From an uncultured Acidimicrobiales bacterium (GTDB taxonomy: Bacteria > Actinomycetota > Acidimicrobiia > Acidimicrobiales > Iamiaceae), in the NCBI GenBank assembly GCA_963800235.1, contig CAWDAD010000003.1:776299-840298 (forward strand): a DNA stretch of 64,000 nucleotides, in the 5' to 3' direction. The notes under the pieces are model-generated. The model was not told where the DNA came from. It saw only the letters and a program-made list of their open reading frames with translations, and made no database searches. This document shows, piece by piece, positions 37,818 through 46,504 of this stretch. Both the position numbers and the translations under genes were made by a program. Position 1 is the stretch's first letter; each line of letters opens with the position of its first letter.

Positions 37818-38920
37818 ATCTGGCCGCCGGAGACGGTGAGCGGGATCGACGGCAGCGGACGGCGGGCCGGACCCTGGAGCACCTGCCCGGTCGCCGCGTC
37901 GAAGGCGGCGCCGTGGCAGGGGCAGACGAACTGCTGGTCGCTCGGGGAGAAGTCGACGGTGCAGCCGTTGTGGGTGCACACCGCGCTGAACGCCTTGAGG
38001 TCGCCGGTCTTGGGCTGGACGACGTAGGCCGGGTCGCCGCTCGCAGGGTCCTGGAAGCTGCCGGCCCGGCCGACCGGCACGGCGGTGACCGGACCGATGT
38101 CGACGCCGGCCGGCCTGGCCGCGGTGGTGGGCGCCGCGGTCGACGGCGTCGCCCCCGTCGTCGGGCCGGCCGGGTCGGCGGTCGACGGCGTCGCCCCCGT
38201 CGTCGGGCCGGACGGCGCACCGGTCGACGGCGCACCGGTCGAGGGCGAGGTGCCGCCGCTGCCGAGGGCGACGGTCGAGCCGTGGGGCGAGGCGGAGTGG
38301 AGGGTGCGCCCGAGGGCGGCGACGGCGCCGGTGCCGACCAGCGCGGGCAGCGCCAGGAGCCCAGCCGCCCGCGCCCGGGCCAGCACCGCCCGTCGCTCCA
38401 CGTCGACCGCCGGCCCCCCGGCCACGGCCTCGCGGTGCGCCAGCATCCAGTCGAGCGACCAGCGCCCGGGTGGGGCGAGCAGCGGGGTCCAGGCGAAGCA
38501 GAAGACGATGTCGGGCCCGTAGTAGTAGGGGTCGCTGTGCCAGCTGACGGTGAGCAGGAAGCCGAGGGAGAGCAGCAGGCCGCCCACGGCGGCCAGCCGG
38601 CTCCAGAGGCCGAGCAGCGTGCCGATGCCGACGGCCAGCTCGCCGAGGGCGATCAGCACGCCGACGCCGACCGCGACGTGGGTGAGCGGTCCGAGCAGGC
38701 CGCCGACCGGGCTGGAGTGCTGGGCAGCGCGCAGCTGGGCCTGGATGGAGCCCGACGAGGCGGCCGAGAGGAAGTTCGGGTCGGCCAGCTTCTGGAAGCC
38801 GGCGTACACGAAGGTGCCGCCGAGGAACAGCCGCAGGGGGAGCAGGTACCGGTCGAGGAGCGATCGACCGGGCTCGACCGGCTCCGGGTCGGGCCGGGGC
38901 GGGGTGCGCCGCTTCGCCAT
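37802..38920 (-). CDS. DoxX-family membrane domain fused to a C-terminal Rieske [2Fe-2S] domain
   Basis: From ATG 38920: DoxX-like 4-TM region ([23 protein letters not shown]...). Thr/Pro/Gly repeat linker. Rieske CTHNGCTV...CPCHGAAF. Confidence 0.65.
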   Translation of the reverse strand: MAKRRTPPRPDPEPVEPGRSLLDRYLLPLRLFLGGTFVYAGFQKLADPNFLSAASSGSIQAQLRAAQHSSPVGGLLGPLTHVAVGVGVLIALGELAVGIGTLLGLWSRLAAVGGLLLSLGFLLTVSWHSDPYYYGPDIVFCFAWTPLLAPPGRWSLDWMLAHREAVAGGPAVDVERRAVLARARAAGLLALPALVGTGAVAALGRTLHSASPHGSTVALGSGGTSPSTGAPSTGAPSGPTTGATPSTADPAGPTTGATPSTAAPTTAARPAGVDIGPVTAVPVGRAGSFQDPASGDPAYVVQPKTGDLKAFSAVCTHNGCTVDFSPSDQQFVCPCHGAAFDAATGQVLQGPARRPLPSIPLTVSGGQIYVDG

Positions 38921-39088
38921 CGCCCCAGCAGAGCACGTGGCGGTGAGGCTCCGGTAAGAGCGGGGTCGCCCGACGGCCAACCTTCGACGACCCTGACGAC
39001 CCTGACGTCACCTGACGACCCGTCGACCCCGGCGCACCCGGGCACCGGCGGACCCGCCGGAACCGGGCACCGGCGGTAGGTTCCGGTC

Positions 39089-39949
39089 GTGGCCGCCGCC
39101 GAGATGCCCCCGGGTGCGGTCCGCCACCCGTGGAACCACGACTTCACGTGGTCGCTCCCGGCGACCCGGCCGACCACCCTGTCGGTCGAGCAGAAGGCGC
39201 AGTTCGACCGGGACGGGTTCGTGGTGCTGCCCGACGTGGTGGACGACGCCCCGCTCCGGCGGCTCACCGCCGACCTCGACGGGCTCGAGGCCGAGGTCGA
39301 GCGCTTCCTGGCCGAGCAGCAGGACGGGCGGTTCGCCATCGCCGAGTCGGGCGCGATCACCTTCACCACCCACGCCGTGCTGCGCTCCGACGCCGCCCGG
39401 TCCTTCGTCCGCCATCCGACGCTGGTCGGCCTGTGCGCCGACCTGCTCGGCCCCGACGTGAACCTCTACTGGGACCAGGCCGTGTACAAGAAGCCGGAGA
39501 AGCCCCGCCGGTTCCCGTGGCACCAGGACACCGGGTACACCTTCGTCGAGCCGCAGCACTACCTGACCTGCTGGGTGGCGCTGACCGACGCCACGGTGGA
39601 CAACGGCTGCCCGTGGGTGCTGCCCGGCGCCCACCGGTGCGGGACGCTGCTCCACCGCTGGGTCGACCCCATCGGCTGGGAGTGCCTGCCCGAGCCGCCC
39701 GACGGGGCGGTGCCGGCCGAGGTCCCCGCCGGCGGCGCGGTGGTCTTCTCGTCGCTCACCCCCCACCTGACCGGGCCGAACGAGACCGGCCGGGTCCGCA
39801 AGGCCTACATCGTGCAGTACGCCACCGACGGCCTCTGCACCGTGCAGGGCGACTGGCAGCACGACGAGCCGCCGTCGGGCACGACCCGCGCCGACGACCC
39901 CGATCGGCAGTTCCCCGTGCGGCGCGACGGCCAGCCGGTCGGGGGCTGA
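39089..39949 (+). CDS. Phytanoyl-CoA dioxygenase (PhyH) family protein, second paralog
   Basis: 286 aa. FPWHQDTGY (HxD), ...LTPHLTGPNETGRVRKAY. Same family as 34651..35589. Confidence 0.7.
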   Translation: MAAAEMPPGAVRHPWNHDFTWSLPATRPTTLSVEQKAQFDRDGFVVLPDVVDDAPLRRLTADLDGLEAEVERFLAEQQDGRFAIAESGAITFTTHAVLRSDAARSFVRHPTLVGLCADLLGPDVNLYWDQAVYKKPEKPRRFPWHQDTGYTFVEPQHYLTCWVALTDATVDNGCPWVLPGAHRCGTLLHRWVDPIGWECLPEPPDGAVPAEVPAGGAVVFSSLTPHLTGPNETGRVRKAYIVQYATDGLCTVQGDWQHDEPPSGTTRADDPDRQFPVRRDGQPVGG

Positions 39950-40083
39950 AGGCCAGGCCCCGAGCCCGGTCGGTCGACCGGGGCCGCCCCGGAGGAGCGA
40001 TCGCGGCGCCGGCCCGGCCGACAGGTCGGCTGCTCACCGGCCGCTCATCGAATGCACACACCCGCCGACCAGCATCGGGGACC

Positions 40084-40545
40084 ATGCAGCCGACGGGACG
40101 ACGAACGACGGTGGTCGCCGCGGTGGCGATCGCCGCCCCGCCGCAGAGCCAGGTCGGCGCGCTCATCGCCCGGATCGACACCAACGGGCTCCACACCAGG
40201 GCCCAGACCTTCGCCGCCGCCGACGCCCTGGCGGTCCAGGAGGCCGGCTACGCCCGGGCCATGAACGTGAAGTCGGCCACCACACCGGACGCCCCCACCA
40301 CCCCGGCCGGGCTCGACACCTACCGCGGCCGGCTCGACGGCCTGCTCGGCCAGATCCACCCCGCCCTGCTCGTGGTCGAGGACGAGGAGACCGCCGAGAA
40401 GTTCGTCAACGCCACCGCCGACCAGTACCTGGCCGAGCTGCAGGTGGCGGTCGACGTCGCCCCCGCCCACGGCCAGCTGGTGACCGCCGGCGGCATCCCC
40501 TTCCCCATCATCGCCCTCACGGCCCGGGCCGAGGCGGCGGCATGA
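40084..40545 (+). CDS. Hypothetical protein; 4-nt overlap with the downstream esterase
   Basis: 153-aa ORF from ATG 40084. No recognisable motif. Coding status supported only by GC3 pattern and the ATGA overlap with 40542. Confidence 0.4.
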   Translation: MQPTGRRTTVVAAVAIAAPPQSQVGALIARIDTNGLHTRAQTFAAADALAVQEAGYARAMNVKSATTPDAPTTPAGLDTYRGRLDGLLGQIHPALLVVEDEETAEKFVNATADQYLAELQVAVDVAPAHGQLVTAGGIPFPIIALTARAEAAA

Positions 40546-42146
40546 GCGCCGTGCGCCGCACCGCGGTCGCCGTCGTCGGGCTGCTCGTCCTGGTCGCCAC
40601 GGCGTCCGGCGTCGGCCCGGCCGTCGGCGCGTCGGCCGCCGAGGCGTCCCCGGCCGCTCCTGCGGTCGGTGCAGGGGTCGCCCAGGCGCCGGCCGCCGGT
40701 CCGATCCGCCACCTCGACCAGGTCTTCCCCTCCGCCACGGTGACCAAGGACCTCGTCTACGGCAGCGCGGTGGACGACCAGGGCGCCACCGAGCAGCTGA
40801 AGCTCGACCTGTACCGGCCCGCCGGGGACACGGCGACCGGTCGGCCCGCCATCGTCTACGTGCACGGCGGCGGCTTCGTCGCCGGCGACAAGGCCCAGAC
40901 CGCGTCGACCTCGACCGACCTGGCCCGCCGGGGCTACGTCGTGGTGTCGATCGACTACCGCCTCTCGTCGATGGACCCCCGCCAGCCCGGCGGGCCCATC
41001 ACCGACCAGTACATCCAAGCGGTGCTGGACGCGCAGCACGACGCCCAGGCGGCGGTGCGCTGGCTGCGGGCCAACGCCGCCACCTACGGCATCGACCCCT
41101 CGCGGATCGGCATCACCGGCAGCTCGGCCGGCGCCGTCACCGCCCTGGCCGTCGGCTACCACGCCGACGATCCCGGCGACAGCGGCAACCCCGGATACCC
41201 CTCGGACGTGAAGGCGGTGGTGGCCGACTCGGGCGCCATCGGCACCACCCTGCAGCGACCGGGCGGGGCGCCGGCCATGATGCTGAACGGCACCGCCGAC
41301 ACCCGGGCCCTCTACCCGGAGGCCACCGCCTCCTGCGACGCCGCCACCGCCGCCCACCTCTGGTGCACGCTGGTGACCTTCCCGGGCGTCGCCCACACCG
41401 TCGGCGGCCACCAGCCCGCCCTCACCCGATCGCTCGAGGCCAGCTTCTTCCACGACCGGCTGGCCGTCGGCCCGCACGTCACTGCGCCGCCGTTCCCGGA
41501 CCCGGTGTCGTTCGTGAGCCGCCAGTACCGAGACCTGCTGCTGCGCGACGCCGACCCGGCCGGGCTCGACCACTGGTCCTCGCTCGTCGCCCACGGCGCG
41601 CTGGCGCCGGCCGACCTGGTCGCCGAGTTCGCCGGCAGCCACGAGCTGCAGGGCCGCGTGGGGGCGGTCACCCGCAGCTACCTCGCGTACCTGGACCGGC
41701 CGCCGGACCCCTCGGGGCTGGCCTACTGGGTGGGCCGGATCCGCAGCGGTGAGCCGATCACCTCGGTGGACGCCAGCCTGGCCGGATCCCCGGAGTTCCA
41801 GCAGCGCCAGGCAGGCCTGACCGACGCCCGGTTCGTCGAGGACCTGTACGCGACCGTGCTGGCCCGCACCCCCGACCCCGGCGGCCGCTCGTACTGGCTG
41901 CGGCGCCTGAGCGCGGGCACGAGCCGGGCCGACGTGGTGGCCGCCTTCGCCGCCGAACCCGAGTCGATCCGGCGCACGGAGCCCGACGTCGACGTCACCA
42001 TCGCCTTCGTCGGGCTGCTCGGCCGGCTGCCCACCGACGCCGAGCGCAGCACCTGGGTGGCGGACCTGCGGGGCGGCCGGCCGGCCACCGAGCTGTACGC
42101 CGGCATCCTCGGCTCGTCCGAGTACCTGGCCCGCATCACCCCCTGA
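40542..42146 (+). CDS. Secreted alpha/beta-hydrolase (esterase/lipase, HGGG type) fused to three C-terminal DUF4214 repeats
   Basis: 534 aa. Signal peptide, IVYVHGGGFVAGDK, nucleophile GITGSSAGA, then three repeats of the DUF4214 pattern (YRDLLLRDADPAGLDHW..., YLAYLDRPPDPSGLAYW..., LYATVLARTPDPGGRSYW...). Confidence 0.7.
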   Translation: MSAVRRTAVAVVGLLVLVATASGVGPAVGASAAEASPAAPAVGAGVAQAPAAGPIRHLDQVFPSATVTKDLVYGSAVDDQGATEQLKLDLYRPAGDTATGRPAIVYVHGGGFVAGDKAQTASTSTDLARRGYVVVSIDYRLSSMDPRQPGGPITDQYIQAVLDAQHDAQAAVRWLRANAATYGIDPSRIGITGSSAGAVTALAVGYHADDPGDSGNPGYPSDVKAVVADSGAIGTTLQRPGGAPAMMLNGTADTRALYPEATASCDAATAAHLWCTLVTFPGVAHTVGGHQPALTRSLEASFFHDRLAVGPHVTAPPFPDPVSFVSRQYRDLLLRDADPAGLDHWSSLVAHGALAPADLVAEFAGSHELQGRVGAVTRSYLAYLDRPPDPSGLAYWVGRIRSGEPITSVDASLAGSPEFQQRQAGLTDARFVEDLYATVLARTPDPGGRSYWLRRLSAGTSRADVVAAFAAEPESIRRTEPDVDVTIAFVGLLGRLPTDAERSTWVADLRGGRPATELYAGILGSSEYLARITP

Positions 42147-42165
42147 CCGCCTCCCGGCGGCGCGA

Positions 42166-42930
42166 TCAGGAGGCGACGAGCTGGAAGGTCGCGCCCATCG
42201 GGTCGGAGACGGTGGCCACCCGGCCGTAGGGCGTGTCCTGCGGACCGTCGAGCAGGGACCCGCCGAGGCCGGTCAGCTTCTCGACGGCGGCGTCGGTGTC
42301 GTCGACGCCGAGGTAGACCGCCCAGTGGGGGTCGACGGCGGGCTCGGCGCCGGCGCGGTCCATGATCCCTGCCGCGGCGGCCTCGCCCTCGAACAGGGTC
42401 GTGTAGCGGAACGCCGGATCGTCGCTCATGGTGTGGGTGTCCCAGCCGAACACGTCGCGGTAGAAGTCGACGCTGGCGTCGTAGCTGGTGGTGTGCAGCT
42501 CGAACCACGACGGCGACCAGGCCTCGGCCAGCACGCCGAACCCCTTGTGCTCGCCCGGCTGCCAGGCGCCGATGCCGGCGCCGCCCGGGTCGAGGAAGAA
42601 CGCCATGCGGCCGAGGTCCATCACGTCCATGGGCGGCACCACGGTCTGGCCGCCGTGCTCGCCGACCCGGGTCGCCAGGGCGTCGACGTCCGAGGTGGCC
42701 AGGTACACCGCCCACACGTCGGCCGGTCCGCTGGAGGGGTCGGCCTGCATGCACCCGGCGACCAGGTGCTCGCCGCTGGCGAAGTTGGCGTACCCGCCGT
42801 ACTCGGGTCCCGCCTCCTGCACCGACCAGCCGAGCAGGTCGCCGTAGAACGACTTGGCCCGGGCGGCGTCGGACGACTGCAGGTCGATCCAGCACGGGGC
42901 GCCTTCGGGGGCGAGGTCACGGGTGGGCAT
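42166..42930 (-). CDS. Tandem VOC (glyoxalase/bleomycin-resistance/dioxygenase) domain protein
   Basis: 254 aa with two VOC-like halves (WIDLQSSDAARAKSFYGDLLGW... and WFELHTTSYDASVDFYRDVFGW...). Confidence 0.7.
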   Translation of the reverse strand: MPTRDLAPEGAPCWIDLQSSDAARAKSFYGDLLGWSVQEAGPEYGGYANFASGEHLVAGCMQADPSSGPADVWAVYLATSDVDALATRVGEHGGQTVVPPMDVMDLGRMAFFLDPGGAGIGAWQPGEHKGFGVLAEAWSPSWFELHTTSYDASVDFYRDVFGWDTHTMSDDPAFRYTTLFEGEAAAAGIMDRAGAEPAVDPHWAVYLGVDDTDAAVEKLTGLGGSLLDGPQDTPYGRVATVSDPMGATFQLVAS

Positions 42931-43189
42931 GGCGGGCTCCTCGGTTCGGGTCGGCAGATGCTCGCACCGAACGACGGAGCGGGCGCGTCGAACTCATCGC
43001 CCACCGCACCTGGCCCGTGCCGACCGGTGCGCCGCCCCCGGTGGGAGAGGGCCTGGCCGGACGACCCCAGCTCCGCCCGACCAGGCCCCGACGCGCACCA
43101 TCCCCTCGCGTGGCACGAGCCGTGTACGAGGAGGGACTTCGACGTCGGCGAGGTGATCTCCTGCCTCGACCCGCCGAACGCCCGTCGCC

Positions 43190-43657
43190 GTGGCCGTAGG
43201 GTCAGCCGCCGTGGACGACCACGAGCTGATGGGCCTGGCCCTGGAGGAGGCCGCCGCCGCCCTCGACCACGACGATGTCCCGATCGGGGCGGTCGTGGCG
43301 GTGGACGGCGAGGTGGTCGCCCGACGGCACAACGAGCGCGAGCGCCGGCAGGACCCGACCGCCCACGCCGAGGTGCTGGCCCTGCGGGACGCCGCGGCAG
43401 CGCTGGGCACCCGGCGGCTGGCCGGCGCCACCCTCCACGTCACCCTCGAACCGTGTCCCATGTGCGCAGGGGCGGCCTGGGCCGCCCAGGTCGACCGGGT
43501 GGTCTACGGCGCCGCCGACCCGCGAGCCGGGGCGGTCGGCTCGCTCTACAACGTGAGCGTCGACGCCCGCCTGAACCACCGCAGCCAGGTCCGCGCCGGC
43601 GTCCGGGCCGACGAGGCCGTCGCCCTGCTCGAGCGCTTCTTCTCCACCCGCCGCTGA
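43190..43657 (+). CDS. tadA: tRNA adenosine(34) deaminase
   Basis: HAEVLALR (HAE), TLEPCPMCAGA (PCxxC). The true start is probably GTG 43211 (VDDHELMGLALEEA...). Confidence 0.85.
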   Translation: MAVGSAAVDDHELMGLALEEAAAALDHDDVPIGAVVAVDGEVVARRHNERERRQDPTAHAEVLALRDAAAALGTRRLAGATLHVTLEPCPMCAGAAWAAQVDRVVYGAADPRAGAVGSLYNVSVDARLNHRSQVRAGVRADEAVALLERFFSTRR

Positions 43658-43667
43658 CGCCCGGTCT

Positions 43668-43711
43668 TCTCGGGACAAGGGTCGCGTGGACGTGCGCTCC
43701 ATGTCCCGAGA
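43668..43711. repeat. Palindromic element copy A (TCTCGGGACA-N24-TGTCCCGAGA), 11 nt after the tadA stop
   Basis: tctcgggacaagggtcgcgtggacgtgcgctccatgtcccgaga. Confidence 0.7.
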
Positions 43712-43730
43712 TGTCGGTCTGGTGATCCGG

Positions 43731-44654
43731 TCAGACCAGGCGGACGCCCCACTCGACGGTGGCCGACGCGCCCGGTTCGAGGCGGATCAGGTCGGTGCCG
43801 GAGCGGAAGGCGTCGGCGGGGCAGGTCATCGGCTCGACGGCGAGGCCGGTGCGGCGCCGGCCGGGGGCCAGGCCGTCGCCGGTGAACAGCTGCAGGTGGG
43901 TGCAGGCGGCGCCGGCCCGCAGCTCGACGGTTCGGCCGTCCCCACCGGTCAGCGAGACCACCGCCCGGCCGTCGTCGTCCCGTCCGAGGTCGGTGAAGCC
44001 GTCGTCGAGCTGGAGGTCGCCGACGGGCCGGCCGGTGGCGAAGTCGTAGGGGGTCCCGGCGACCGGCTCGGTGCCGGTCGGCAGCGACCGGTCGTCGGTG
44101 GTGATCCGGGTGGCGGCGCCGAACCGCAGCGTGGCGTCGTCGACGGTGCCGCCACCCGGCGACAGGTACGGGTGCTGGCCGAAGCCGAACGGGCAGGCCG
44201 CCGCCCCGACGTCGGTGGCGGTCGCCTCGACGTGCAGCCCGTCCGGTCCCAGCCGGTAGGTGAGCGCCACCTCGAGGTCGAAGGGGTAGCCGGGCTGCGG
44301 GTGCAGGTGGATCGCCACCGTGACCCGGTCCTCGGCGTGGTCGACCACCGTCCACGGCCGCCAGCGGGCCAGGCCGTGGATGGCGGTGCGGGTCGCCGGC
44401 TCGGTCAGCGGGAGCTGCCGGTCGGCCCCGTCGAACCGGTAGCGGCCGTCACCCAACCGGTTCGGCCACGGCACCAGCACCGAGCCGTGGGCGCCGTCGC
44501 ACATGGCGTCGACCGGGAAGGGCTCGAGCACCGGCCGGTCGCCGACCGAGTAGGTGCGCAGGCCGCCGCCCACCTCGACCACGGTGGCCACCTGCTCACC
44601 GGCCCGGATCTGCAGCTGGCGGCCCGAGGGCGGAGCCGTCGCGGGGTCACCCAT
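43731..44654 (-). CDS. Aldose 1-epimerase (galactose mutarotase-like) family protein
   Basis: 307 aa from ATG 44654. ...HGLARW... ...GFGQHPYL... ...LAVEPMT pattern of the aldose epimerase family. Confidence 0.7.
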   Translation of the reverse strand: MGDPATAPPSGRQLQIRAGEQVATVVEVGGGLRTYSVGDRPVLEPFPVDAMCDGAHGSVLVPWPNRLGDGRYRFDGADRQLPLTEPATRTAIHGLARWRPWTVVDHAEDRVTVAIHLHPQPGYPFDLEVALTYRLGPDGLHVEATATDVGAAACPFGFGQHPYLSPGGGTVDDATLRFGAATRITTDDRSLPTGTEPVAGTPYDFATGRPVGDLQLDDGFTDLGRDDDGRAVVSLTGGDGRTVELRAGAACTHLQLFTGDGLAPGRRRTGLAVEPMTCPADAFRSGTDLIRLEPGASATVEWGVRLV

Positions 44655-44686
44655 GCCGTCGTCGGCGAGATGGTCCACGGCCCGGC

Positions 44687-45538
44687 TCACCTGGCGTCGA
44701 CGGCGGCGTCGCCGTACAGGGCGCGGGCACCGGGCTCGAAGTCCGGGCCGGCCCGGAGGTGGTGGCCGCCGTCGACGCCGAGGGTCTGACCGGTGATCCA
44801 GGACGACCCGGGACCGCAGAGGAAGCCCACCGCGGCGGCCACGTCGTCGACGGTGCCCAGCTTCGGCATCGGCATCTGGGCGTAGTAGCTGGCCATGGTG
44901 GCGTCGTCGGAGGTGAGCATGCCGGTGAGCTCGGTGTCGATGACGCTCGGCCGCACCGAGTTCACCCGCACGTCGGCGCGGCCCAGCTCGTCGGCGGTCA
45001 CCCGCACCAGCATGTCGAGCGCGGCCTTGCTGACCGAGTACGGCGCCATGTAGCGGTGGGTGACCGCCCCGGCGATCGAGGAGATGCCGACCATGGCCCC
45101 GCCGCCGCTGCGGGCGATGGCCGCACCGGCGTGCTTGAACAGCAGGAAGGCGCCGGTGAGGTTGGTGCCGATCACGCGGTCCCACTCCGACAGCTCGGTG
45201 GCGATCACCGGGGCGAGGGTGCCGGTGCCGGCCGACGCCACCGCCACGTGCAGACGGCCGGACGGCTCGGAGGCCAGCTCGACCGCGGCCTCGACGGAGT
45301 GCTCGTCGAGGACGTCGCAGACCGTCGAGCGCACGGTGGCGTCGCCCACCACCAGCGGCTCCAGCTCGGCCGCCCCCGTCGCCAGACGCTCGGCGCTCCG
45401 GCCGCAGATGGTGACCGAGGCGCCCTGGGCGACCAGCACCTTGGCGCACGCCAGCCCGATGCCGCTGCCGCCGCCGGTGACCACGGCGGCGTGGCCCCGG
45501 TGGGGCAGGTCGGGCGACGCGGTGGGCTCGGACGGCAT
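44687..45538 (-). CDS. SDR family oxidoreductase
   Basis: From ATG 45538: TGGGSGIG (Rossmann), NLTG, YMAPYSVSK (YxxxK). Confidence 0.8.
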   Translation of the reverse strand: MPSEPTASPDLPHRGHAAVVTGGGSGIGLACAKVLVAQGASVTICGRSAERLATGAAELEPLVVGDATVRSTVCDVLDEHSVEAAVELASEPSGRLHVAVASAGTGTLAPVIATELSEWDRVIGTNLTGAFLLFKHAGAAIARSGGGAMVGISSIAGAVTHRYMAPYSVSKAALDMLVRVTADELGRADVRVNSVRPSVIDTELTGMLTSDDATMASYYAQMPMPKLGTVDDVAAAVGFLCGPGSSWITGQTLGVDGGHHLRAGPDFEPGARALYGDAAVDAR

Positions 45539-45640
45539 GGGGACCTCCGGGGGGGCGGAGGGCCGACGGTACCGAACCGGCGCCGACCACGGCTCCATCG
45601 CCCTGGCTGGCCGACCGGGGCGCCGGGTAGGTTGGCGGAC

Positions 45641-45728
45641 GGAGGGTTGCCAGAGCGGACGAATGGGACGGTCTCGAAAACCGTTGTGGCCCCTGCGGTC
45701 ACCGTGGGTTCAAATCCCACACCCTCCG
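45641..45728 (+). tRNA. tRNA-Ser (anticodon CGA)
   Basis: Acceptor GGAGGGT/ACCCTCC. Anticodon stem ACGGT/ACCGT with loop CTCGAAA. Long variable arm. T-arm GTGGGTTCAAATCCCAC. Confidence 0.85.
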
Positions 45729-45744
45729 CTCAGAGCTCCGGGCT

Positions 45745-45777
45745 CGCCCCCGCCCGCCGCCCACGCGGGCGGGGGCG
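45745..45777. terminator. Perfect 13-bp GC hairpin (CGCCCCCGCCCGC-N7-GCGGGCGGGGGCG) between the tRNA-Ser(CGA) 3' end and the dedA 3' end; likely bidirectional factor-independent terminator; no U-tract
   Basis: Visible directly. Followed by a direct repeat gagctgacggctccgg x2 (45791-45822). Confidence 0.45.
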
Positions 45778-45845
45778 TCCGGCGGCGGGGGAGCTGACGG
45801 CTCCGGAGCTGACGGCTCCGGGGGACCCGCCCGAGGGTGGCGTGC

Positions 45846-46481
45846 TCAGCCGTCGACCGGCTGCTCCTCGCCCGAGCGGCGGCTGCGCCGGCGACGGACG
45901 ATCGTCACCGCCACCGCGACGAGGACCAGCACGGCGAGCAGGCCCCATCCGGCGACGCCGGCGACCTCCTCGACCCGGCGGTAGCTGCGGCCCGCCGCGT
46001 AGCCGAGCAGCACGAAGCCGGTGGCCCACAGCGCGCCGCCGGCCACGTTCCAGGCGGCGAAGGTCCGGTACCGCATGCCCGACATGCCGGCCAGCCCGGG
46101 GATGAGCACCCGCAGGGCGGCGGTGAAGCGGCCGACGAACACCGCCCGGCCGCCCTGGTGGCGCAGGCCCTGCTCGGCCCGGTCCAGGTGGTCGGCCTTC
46201 ACGAACCGCCCGATGGTGCCGTCGAGGATCTGCCGCCCCCACCGCTTGCCCACCTCGTACCCGACCGAGTCGCCGATGATGGCGCCGAGCACGGCAGCGG
46301 CCACCACCGCGGCCAGCGGCACCCGGCCCCGCTCGGCCAGCACGCCGCCCAGCAGCACCGCCACCTCGCCGGGGAAGAGGAAGCCGAGGAACGCCGACGA
46401 CTCGAGGGCGGGCACCAGGAACACCACCCCGAGGGCGGCCCACCCGTGGAGGTCGAGGATGGCGTGGAAGACCCGGCTCAC
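45846..46481 (-). CDS. DedA family membrane protein
   Basis: 211 aa. ...ESSAFLGFLFPGE... GRFTAALRVLIPGLAGMSGMRYRTF signature. Confidence 0.8.
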   Translation of the reverse strand: MSRVFHAILDLHGWAALGVVFLVPALESSAFLGFLFPGEVAVLLGGVLAERGRVPLAAVVAAAVLGAIIGDSVGYEVGKRWGRQILDGTIGRFVKADHLDRAEQGLRHQGGRAVFVGRFTAALRVLIPGLAGMSGMRYRTFAAWNVAGGALWATGFVLLGYAAGRSYRRVEEVAGVAGWGLLAVLVLVAVAVTIVRRRRSRRSGEEQPVDG

Positions 46482-46504
46482 GGTCCCACCTTTACCCTGA
46501 GCGG

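Noticed and set aside
42931-43189. A small RNA or small ORF in the 259-nt divergent region between the VOC gene and tadA
   Set aside because: No convincing hairpin, conserved motif or ORF with a start, RBS and sensible composition. Left unannotated.
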